A stretch of DNA of 32,431 nt from an uncultured Bacilli bacterium (lineage in GTDB: Bacteria; Bacillota_I; Bacilli_A; RF39; UBA660). Where the stretch lies: positions 1 to 32,431 of the forward strand of contig CANQQK010000003.1 of assembly GCA_947626015.1 (NCBI GenBank), read 5' to 3'. Below the pieces are notes generated by a model, which was not told the origin of the DNA, searched no databases, and was given only the letters and a program-made list of their open reading frames with translations. Positions within the stretch are counted from its first letter, which is position 1. Every line of letters begins with the position of its first letter. A program made the translations under genes and the position numbers. Shown here in pieces: positions 18,172 to 25,287 of this stretch.

Positions 18172-18929
18172 TTTCGGTCTTAGCAAGTGGATCCGAAGGT
18201 AATTCCACTTTGATTCAAACCAAACATAAAAAGATCTTGATCGATTTAGGAATGAACAATAAATACATTACCGAGAAACTTGCGGAATTAAATGTTAAAC
18301 CAAGTGAAATCGATTATGTTTTAGTAACGCATACCCATAGTGATCATACAGGTGCTATGAAGACTTTCCTTAAAAATAATCATCCCTATATCTTCTTAGA
18401 TGAAAAGATGATGGTCGATCTAAGTTTCTTAAATGATTATGACAAACTATGTTTTGATGGTGATAAGATGTGCTTTGATGATGTAACGATCGAACCCTTT
18501 AAGACCAGTCATGATGCTCCTGGTAGTAGGGGGTATATCATCGAAGAGGGTTCTTCATCATTCGTCTATATCACGGACACTGGTTATATCAACTATAAGT
18601 TATTCGATAAGTTAAGCAATCGTTCATTATATGTCTTTGAGAGCAATCATGATCCCGAGATGTTGATGCATAGTCGTTATCCAGCATGGCTTCGTAGTCG
18701 TATTGCTAGTGATATGGGACACTTATCCAATGACCAAGCAGGATTTTATCTAAGTAAACTCATTGGACCTAATACCAAAGAGGTTGTCTTAGCTCATCTA
18801 TCTAAGGAAAATAATAATCCTGATCTGGCCTTAAATCGTGTCAGTGAGTGTTTGAAGGAAAACAATGTTGAATTTAAATCCATAATCGTTGCTAAACAAA
18901 AAGAAAGAGTAGATTGTATAGAAGTATGA
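18165..18929 (+). CDS. walJ: Metallo-beta-lactamase-fold hydrolase, YycJ/WalJ family
   Basis: VLASGSEGN, THTHSDH, SHDA, TDTG, ESNHD, GHLSN and LAHLSKENN. ATG 18165 overlaps the upstream stop. Confidence 0.88.
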   Translation: MLVSVLASGSEGNSTLIQTKHKKILIDLGMNNKYITEKLAELNVKPSEIDYVLVTHTHSDHTGAMKTFLKNNHPYIFLDEKMMVDLSFLNDYDKLCFDGDKMCFDDVTIEPFKTSHDAPGSRGYIIEEGSSSFVYITDTGYINYKLFDKLSNRSLYVFESNHDPEMLMHSRYPAWLRSRIASDMGHLSNDQAGFYLSKLIGPNTKEVVLAHLSKENNNPDLALNRVSECLKENNVEFKSIIVAKQKERVDCIEV

Positions 18930-19360
18930 TAAAGCTTATATGTGTGGGAAAAATAAAAGAAGAATATTTATCTTTATTGATAAATGATTATTATAAAAGA
19001 ATAAATAAATATCATAAATTAGAAATAATTGAACTAAAGGATAGCAATATTACCGAAGAAGGTAACTTGATCTTAAAGGCTTTAAAACCTAATGATTACA
19101 TTGTTACTTTAGAGATTGGTGGTAATAACTTATCATCTTTAGAACTTTCTCAAAAGATTGATACTTGGTTAGCAAACTATGCTAATATTACTTTCATTAT
19201 TGGTGGTAGCAATGGTATCGATGAAAGAGTTTTAAAACTTGCTAAGTACCGTCTTTCCTTTGGTAAGAATACCTTCCCTCATGGTTTATTTAGAGGGATT
19301 CTTTTAGAGCAAATATATCGTTCATTTAAAATATTGAACAATGAAACATATCATAAATGA
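18926..19360 (+). CDS. rlmH: 23S rRNA pseudouridine-1915 N3-methyltransferase
   Basis: ICVGKIKE, FIIGGSNG, TFPH, LLEQIYRSFKI...YHK. ATGA overlap with walJ. Confidence 0.95.
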   Translation: MIKLICVGKIKEEYLSLLINDYYKRINKYHKLEIIELKDSNITEEGNLILKALKPNDYIVTLEIGGNNLSSLELSQKIDTWLANYANITFIIGGSNGIDERVLKLAKYRLSFGKNTFPHGLFRGILLEQIYRSFKILNNETYHK

Positions 19361-19369
19361 GGTGAGATC

Positions 19370-20035
19370 GTGATTGGTAATGATTGGGATGAAAAACTTT
19401 CCGTTATTTGGAAGAGCGAAGGATTTAAGAAATTTATGGATATCGTCGATCATGAATATGCAACCAAGACGATCTATCCTTTAAGAGAAAATCTCTTTAA
19501 TGCCTTAAAGTTAACCCCTTATAAAGATGTTAAAGTTGTAATCGTTGGTCAGGATCCTTACCATGGTGAGGGTGAAGCTCATGGGCTTTCCTTCTCCGTG
19601 CAAGAGGGAATAAAGATTCCTCCAAGTCTTAAAAATATCTATAAGGAAATCGCCGATGATTTAGGTATTATTGAACCCAACTCTGGCGATTTAACCAAGT
19701 GGGCCAAAAGAGGAGTACTACTTTTAAATAGTTCTTTAACGGTTGTTAAGGATAGTCCTAATTCCCATAAGGATTTGGGATGGTATCGTTTTACGGATTA
19801 TGTGATTAAGGTTTTAAATGCTAAGGATGAACCCGTTGTCTTTATCCTTTGGGGAAATTTTGCTAAGAGTAAAGCCGTGTTTATTACGAATCCTAAGCAT
19901 TTGGTGATTACCTCACCACATCCTTCACCATTCAGTGCTAATAGTGGTTTCTTTGGTAGTAAACCATTCTCTAAGACCAATGAATTTTTAAAAAAGAATC
20001 ATCTTGAACCTATTGAATGGGATTTAAATAAATAA
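19370..20035 (+). CDS. ung: Uracil-DNA glycosylase (family 1)
   Basis: GQDPYH, GLSFSV, GVLLLN and HPSPFS motifs. Confidence 0.97.
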   Translation: MIGNDWDEKLSVIWKSEGFKKFMDIVDHEYATKTIYPLRENLFNALKLTPYKDVKVVIVGQDPYHGEGEAHGLSFSVQEGIKIPPSLKNIYKEIADDLGIIEPNSGDLTKWAKRGVLLLNSSLTVVKDSPNSHKDLGWYRFTDYVIKVLNAKDEPVVFILWGNFAKSKAVFITNPKHLVITSPHPSPFSANSGFFGSKPFSKTNEFLKKNHLEPIEWDLNK

Positions 20036-20047
20036 TGATGATGGCAT

Positions 20048-20067
20048 AAAAAAAGACCCTAAGGGTC
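20048..20067 (-). terminator. Intrinsic terminator of LemA-like gene
   Basis: GACCC-TTA-GGGTC followed by T7 on the minus strand. Confidence 0.75.
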
Positions 20068-20614
20068 AAATCTTTATACCATCATCTTTTTCATTGAAGA
20101 TTTCTTTAGCTTCGTAAAATGGTTGAGCATAGATACCATGAATGGAAGCAATGATATTACAAGGAAAACTCTTGATCATGGTTACTAAACGGGAATTATA
20201 TTTATTATAAAATGATTTTGCGGCATCGATTTTTGTTTGGGATTCATCAATCTTACGCATGGTTTCCTTAAAATCTTTTTTCTCTTCGATTTTCGGATAA
20301 TCGTTACGAATAACTTCAATTGTTGCTAAGGTAGCCGTAATCTTTTTATCAAAATCATATGAAAGTCCTTTACCTTTTTTAAAACGTTCTAGTTCGGTAA
20401 ACATTGATATGTCCATCTTGGTATTTTTTTCAATAGTTTTCTTACAACTTTGAATCAAATTATAACAGTTATGTAACTCTTCGATGATGATTTTTTCGGC
20501 TTCATCGATTCTTATTTTCGAAAATTGGATTTTGTTATATAATGATATGTAGATAGTAGCAAGAACTGTTACAATGATTATAATTGTTAATAATACGATT
20601 ATGATTGTTTGCAT
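20066..20614 (-). CDS. LemA family protein (divergent)
   Basis: N-terminal TM then YN, 'DYP.I', and 'I.AAK.FYN....L...I.SFP.NIIA' LemA pattern. Extended -10 TGATATAAT upstream. Confidence 0.8.
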   Translation of the reverse strand: MQTIIIVLLTIIIIVTVLATIYISLYNKIQFSKIRIDEAEKIIIEELHNCYNLIQSCKKTIEKNTKMDISMFTELERFKKGKGLSYDFDKKITATLATIEVIRNDYPKIEEKKDFKETMRKIDESQTKIDAAKSFYNKYNSRLVTMIKSFPCNIIASIHGIYAQPFYEAKEIFNEKDDGIKI

Positions 20615-20701
20615 ATTATCACCTAATTCATTATATCACGTATTATATTGATTAGTAAATCAATGAAGTAAGATATTTATTAAAAGAAAAGGAGTGTTTT
20701 T

Positions 20702-21238
20702 GTGAACATTAAAACGATCGTTGTTGGTGATTTAAAAACCAATTGTTATCTTTTAACTAAAGGTAATTATGCCCTTGTTATTGATCCCGGAGCTGAAGGT
20801 AAAAAGATCTTAGATAATATCGATAGTAGTATTAAGGTTGTGGGAATTATTATTACGCATTCCCATGATGATCATACAGGTGCGATGATGGATGTCTTTA
20901 ATAAATATAATTGTCCGATATATACGGGTAATAATATGGTTGATGGTAAATATAATATCGAAAACTTTACCTTTAACGTTATTCATACTCCAGGACATAT
21001 GGATGATTCGATAACAATCTACTTTAAAGAGGAAAAAATTATGTTCGTGGGAGACTTTATCTTTAAAGGTGGTATTGGTAGAACCGATATGACTGGAGCT
21101 AGTCCCTATGATATGAAAGAAAGCATTAAAAAGATCTTAACCTATCCTTTAGATATCACTTTATATCCTGGACATTTTCATTCCACTACTTTAGGTAGTG
21201 AAGTTAATAATCTTAATTATTTTCTTAATATAATTTAA
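20702..21238 (+). CDS. MBL-fold metallo-hydrolase (glyoxalase II-like)
   Basis: TNCY, IDPG, THSHDDH, HTPGH, GD.IF..GIGRTD and YPGH. Confidence 0.9.
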   Translation: MNIKTIVVGDLKTNCYLLTKGNYALVIDPGAEGKKILDNIDSSIKVVGIIITHSHDDHTGAMMDVFNKYNCPIYTGNNMVDGKYNIENFTFNVIHTPGHMDDSITIYFKEEKIMFVGDFIFKGGIGRTDMTGASPYDMKESIKKILTYPLDITLYPGHFHSTTLGSEVNNLNYFLNII

Positions 21239-21557
21239 CGTAATTTATTTTCTCTTCAAATTCTACCCAATTAACGTATATTAAAGGTATTAAATACCAA
21301 TCATTGGTGGATGGGCTCATCATGATTAAGTGATCTTTACCAGCTTCTTCGATGATACCATCATAGATACGATCACGCCAATCATTGCTATCAGGATAAG
21401 CTGCAAAAACCTTAACCTTTTTACCTTTATTAAGTCTTAAGATATTTTCAATATAACTTTGTTCCATGGGCATTACACTATTCGTTTCATTGGATGAATC
21501 TGGATATGATCCCATATTGGTTGGAAATGTTGGATTTGGATAATATGATCCGTTCAA
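21225..21557 (-). CDS. gerQ: Spore coat protein GerQ
   Basis: EQSYIENILRLNKGK...W...GIIEEAGKDH...YL...IY...F.E.I.Y matches the conserved GerQ C-terminal domain. Probable TTG start at 21557 after GAGGTGA (GTG 21566 is an alternative). Confidence 0.88.
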   Translation of the reverse strand: MNGSYYPNPTFPTNMGSYPDSSNETNSVMPMEQSYIENILRLNKGKKVKVFAAYPDSNDWRDRIYDGIIEEAGKDHLIMMSPSTNDWYLIPLIYVNWVEFEEKINYVKLY

Positions 21558-21643
21558 AATAATCACCTCAATTAATATTATGAAAAACCTATTGATTTAT
21601 TCTTAAAGTGTGTTAAGATAAAACTTCAGAAATTGGTGGTTTT

Positions 21644-22441
21644 ATGGCTGATATTAATATTAAACGTATTCAAAGAGAAAGTTATGAAGAAATAAAGTGG
21701 TATTTAGATGCCATTATGCCTTATGTAAATTTTTTAAATGATCTATGTTTTGTGGATTATGAAGGTGTTCGTTATATGATTACCCAAAATGGTTTGGATT
21801 TCATCATCGTTGCTAGTGCAAATGGTGAATTAAATCCTTATCGTCTTCGTATGAATGAAGAGGGTAAAGTAATCGGTTTTTCTACAGAATTATTCGAATA
21901 TGATCTATCATTAGAATTTGATGAAGGTGTCTTTGGTGTAAGAAAGGATTGTCCATTAACTGGTATAACGGAACAATTGGTATATTTTCCTAATGATGGG
22001 GAACTCGATGCAACGAGTATCGATTTCTACCAAATTCATCAACCTAGTCAAACAGGGGTGATTGCATCATATGAATTACCAGGTAAAAATACGGAACTTA
22101 ATTATGGTTTAAATTATAGTTATTATCATCAACCTACTAAATTGGTACTTCTAAAATTAAAGAAAATCCTAGGACTTATTGAACATATGGGTTCGGATAT
22201 TTTCTTTAAGACCGAAGGTAATGATCTATATCGTAAGAATCTCTTATTAGTTCATAATATTTTAATACCAAAACCTTTTGTAGGTTATAAACCAGATATC
22301 TTACTTGAACAAATTAAGAAGAGTGGTTATAAGGTGGAAATTCCTAATGATTTAAAGGGTATGATAAGAGGCGATCATCCTCAAGTTAAAACCTTAGAAT
22401 ATGTATCTAAAACATATGCTGATTATACTAAAGGGCATTAG
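21644..22441 (+). CDS. Hypothetical protein (no recognised family)
   Basis: 265-aa ORF with own promoter-like TTGATT...TGTTAAGAT and a terminator at 22430-22454. Confidence 0.75.
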   Translation: MADINIKRIQRESYEEIKWYLDAIMPYVNFLNDLCFVDYEGVRYMITQNGLDFIIVASANGELNPYRLRMNEEGKVIGFSTELFEYDLSLEFDEGVFGVRKDCPLTGITEQLVYFPNDGELDATSIDFYQIHQPSQTGVIASYELPGKNTELNYGLNYSYYHQPTKLVLLKLKKILGLIEHMGSDIFFKTEGNDLYRKNLLLVHNILIPKPFVGYKPDILLEQIKKSGYKVEIPNDLKGMIRGDHPQVKTLEYVSKTYADYTKGH

Positions 22442-22454
22442 AAATGTCCTTTTT
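22430..22454 (+). terminator. Intrinsic terminator
   Basis: AAAGGGCATT-AGA-AATGTCCTTT followed by Ts. Confidence 0.75.
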
Positions 22455-22513
22455 GTTTGCAAAAAAATCTTTACATTTTGATAAATATGATATAATTATT
22501 TTAGGAGGTTAAT

Positions 22514-23947
22514 ATGAAGACAAAGAAAAAAAATAAATTCTTCGACAAACATCAAGTTTTTAAAGTAGTAGGAATATTTATGATTGTTGCTGCTTTACTT
22601 ACTTGGGTGATGGAAATTGGTCTTTACCAAGGTGGTGAATTTGTTAATGATGAGATGTATCGTGTAGGTTTATCTGATTTCTTAACATATTCAATGTTTG
22701 GTAATTATTATTTTCCAACCCACTTTATAATATTAGTCGTTACTGCTGGATTCTATATGTTCTTAGGATCATTACCAGCATATCAAAAGTTAACGGATAA
22801 TATTGCTAGAAAGTTTAGCAATCATCCAGCTATCTTTGCTATCATAACGATGGTTTTATTAGCTGCCTTTGCTGGTGTAGCAACTGATTATTTTGCTGCT
22901 ATTGCTTTGATACCTTTCTTCATTACTGTTTTGAGTAAGTTAAAGGTTGATAAAGTAGTAGGTGTTGCATCAACATTTGGTGCTACCTTGATTGGTATTC
23001 TAGGAGCTTCATATTCTGGTAAGGTCGTTGGTGAACTTGCTAAGACCACGACAGAATATGGTTTAGGTATCAAATATGGATATCTACCATGGCCAATATT
23101 TATTATATTTGCTGTTAGTTTATTGCTACTAGGATACTTCATCTTTAGAAGATGTCGTAAGGGTTGCGATGAAAAGGATGTCCTTAATGATCTATTTGCT
23201 AAGGAAGCTGTTGAAGGTAGACCTAAGAAAAATGCCAAGAAAGTTAGTACACTTCCACTTGCTATTGTTTTAGGATTACTTGCTTTAAATATCGTTTTAG
23301 GTGTTATTGCTTGGGAAAGCGTATTCAATATTACGGTATTTAAAGATCTATTCACAAATATTACAACCGCTACCTTATTTGGTGAACCAATCTTCCAATA
23401 TATCATTGGTAATGTTATGACGGAATTTGGTACATGGGATCTATTGACGATATCTCTAGTAATGATGATAACGATGTTAATTATTAAGATCGTATACTCT
23501 GTACCATTCGATAAATTAATCGATGAGTTTGTTGAAGGATTCAAGAGAATTGTTCCAACTGTAGGGATCTTATTGATGATCTTTGCTATCATTCTTTATT
23601 CCGGTGCTTACCCAACTATTGGTAATTTCATTCATAGTATTTTATCAATGGGAACGGAAAAACTATATGTCTTTGTTTGTGGAATCGTTAATGGCGTATT
23701 CTCACCAGACTTTAGTTATTCATTACGTTATACGGGTTCAGCATTTACTTCAATGAGTAATCTTGATAATGTAGCATTAGCATTACAAACTGGTAATGGA
23801 TTTGCATCTTTGATTGCTCCTTCTAGTATGATGTTAATGGTTGGACTTTCAATGTTGAAAGTTAAATATACGGAATGGTTCAAATTTATTTGGAAATTCC
23901 TAATACTAGTAGCAGTATTATTAATTGCTGTCTTATTGGTAATATAG
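22514..23947 (+). CDS. YfcC/DcuC-like (ion transporter superfamily) membrane transporter
   Basis: About 12 hydrophobic segments. C-terminal 'ALQTGNGFASLIAPSS...L...KV.Y.EW.KFIWK' resembles YfcC. Confidence 0.7.
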   Translation: MKTKKKNKFFDKHQVFKVVGIFMIVAALLTWVMEIGLYQGGEFVNDEMYRVGLSDFLTYSMFGNYYFPTHFIILVVTAGFYMFLGSLPAYQKLTDNIARKFSNHPAIFAIITMVLLAAFAGVATDYFAAIALIPFFITVLSKLKVDKVVGVASTFGATLIGILGASYSGKVVGELAKTTTEYGLGIKYGYLPWPIFIIFAVSLLLLGYFIFRRCRKGCDEKDVLNDLFAKEAVEGRPKKNAKKVSTLPLAIVLGLLALNIVLGVIAWESVFNITVFKDLFTNITTATLFGEPIFQYIIGNVMTEFGTWDLLTISLVMMITMLIIKIVYSVPFDKLIDEFVEGFKRIVPTVGILLMIFAIILYSGAYPTIGNFIHSILSMGTEKLYVFVCGIVNGVFSPDFSYSLRYTGSAFTSMSNLDNVALALQTGNGFASLIAPSSMMLMVGLSMLKVKYTEWFKFIWKFLILVAVLLIAVLLVI

Positions 23948-23971
23948 AAAACTTGCTTAGCAAGTTTTTTT
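23948..23971 (+). terminator. Intrinsic terminator
   Basis: AAAACTTGC-TTA-GCAAGTTTT followed by Ts. Confidence 0.85.
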
Positions 23972-23972
23972 G

Positions 23973-24001
23973 TTGACTAAAGAAATATTTCGTTATAAAA
24001 T
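23973..24001 (+). promoter_or_regulatory. sigma-A promoter of pheST leader
   Basis: TTGACT, 17 bp spacer, TAAAAT. Confidence 0.75.
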
Positions 24002-24009
24002 ATGTTCAG

Positions 24010-24217
24010 TGATACGGAGATAATGTACTTAGTAAAGATATGATGTATCTATTAGAGAAGGAATATCAAAGGCTGAAAGTATTCCAGATTAAATCATATT
24101 TTGAATTTCATACATAGGAGTATCAATCGTGTAATCGCGTTAAGATAATAAGTGCATGTAAGTCATGAACTAAGGTGGTACCACGGGAATACCCGTCCTT
24201 AGATTCATGGCTTTTTT
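24010..24217 (+). ncRNA. T-box riboswitch, Phe specifier (UUC)
   Basis: Stem I has AGTA/GAA loop E, AGAGA bulge, GGCTGAAA loop and specifier TTC (24107-24109). IIA/B ATC-GCGTTAA-GAT. Stem III CATG/CATG. Antiterminator CTAAGG-TGGTACC-ACGGG/CCCGT-CCTTAG. U-tract 24212-24217. Confidence 0.94.
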
Positions 24218-24237
24218 ATGTTAGAAAGAGGGATATT

Positions 24238-25287
24238 ATGCAAGAATTAGCGGATACAATAAAGACGGATTTATTAAAAGAGATTAAAGATATCGATAAA
24301 GAACAAGATTTAGTAGAATTAAAAGCTAAATATATTGGTAAATCAGGTAGAATTACTGAATTAACGAAGAATATGCGTGATCTTTCGGTTGATGAAAGAA
24401 AAGAGGTTGGTTTAATCTCTAATAAGTTAAAGGAAGAAGCTACGAAGATCATTGAAGATAAGGAAAAAGAGATTCATGATCGTATTCTTAATGAGAAGTT
24501 AAGTAAGGAAGTTATCGATATCAGTTTACCTGCTACTAAGGTTTGTAATGGTGCTCCTAATATCTTAGAGAAGGTTATTGAAGAGGTTGAAGAAACATTT
24601 ATGTCTATGGGATATGATGTTGTTGATGGACCAGAAATTGAAGAGGATAAGTATAACTTTGAGTTATTAAATATTCCTAAGGGACATGCAGCTAGAGATG
24701 CTCAAGATACCTTCTATATTGAAGGCGATGAGATCTTGCTTCGCAGTCAAACATCACCAGTTCAAGTTCGTACGATGCTTAAATATCAAGGTAAGGAACC
24801 AATTCGTATGATATGTCCTGGTAAGACCTATCGTCGTGATGATGATGATGCTACTCACTCACATCAATTCATGCAAATCGAAGGGTTGCTTGTCGATAAG
24901 GATATCTCCTTATGTGATCTAAAGGGAACCTTTGATACGATTGCTAAGAAGTTGTTTGGTCCAGATTGTGTAACACGTTTCCGTCCATCTTATTATCAAT
25001 TTACAGAACCAAGTGTTGAAACCGATATCTCATGTTTTGCTTGTCATGGTAAGGGTTGTGCCCTTTGTAAAAATACCGGATGGATTACCATTAGTGGTGC
25101 CGGTATGGTACATCCAAATGTTTTAAAAAATTGTGGTTATGATCCTAAAGAGTGGAGTGGTTTTGCTTTCGGTTTTGGTGCTGAAAGATGTGCGATGCTT
25201 AAATATGGTATCGATGATATCAGAACATTCTATAATACGGATTTAAGAGAATTAGGGGCTTTTGATCGAAAGGATGGTGAGCAATAA
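24238..25287 (+). CDS. pheS: Phenylalanine--tRNA ligase alpha subunit
   Basis: Start ATG 24238 after AGAGGG. H.ARD.QDTF, LRSQTS, D.THS.QF.Q.EG, FRPSYYQFTEPS, GFAFGFG.ER and CxxC..GC..C insert. Confidence 0.97.
   Translation: MQELADTIKTDLLKEIKDIDKEQDLVELKAKYIGKSGRITELTKNMRDLSVDERKEVGLISNKLKEEATKIIEDKEKEIHDRILNEKLSKEVIDISLPATKVCNGAPNILEKVIEEVEETFMSMGYDVVDGPEIEEDKYNFELLNIPKGHAARDAQDTFYIEGDEILLRSQTSPVQVRTMLKYQGKEPIRMICPGKTYRRDDDDATHSHQFMQIEGLLVDKDISLCDLKGTFDTIAKKLFGPDCVTRFRPSYYQFTEPSVETDISCFACHGKGCALCKNTGWITISGAGMVHPNVLKNCGYDPKEWSGFAFGFGAERCAMLKYGIDDIRTFYNTDLRELGAFDRKDGEQ

Noticed and set aside
19343-19360. rlmH 3' end GAAACATATCATAAATGA resembles the staphylococcal SCC attB/ISS
   Set aside because: Explained by the conserved E-x-Y-H-K-stop coding. 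ung follows 9 bp later, and there is no recombinase or second copy.
22888-23592. 234-aa antisense ORF within the transporter, and other short shadow ORFs (3200-3418, 3846-4067, 12708-13034, 15862-16191, 17813-18094 etc.)
   Set aside because: Fully overlap well-supported genes, have no recognisable motifs, and are expected from codon bias.
24175-24237. N-terminal extension of PheS in the ORF track (GTG 24175)
   Set aside because: Lies within the T-box antiterminator. The real start is ATG 24238 with an SD.
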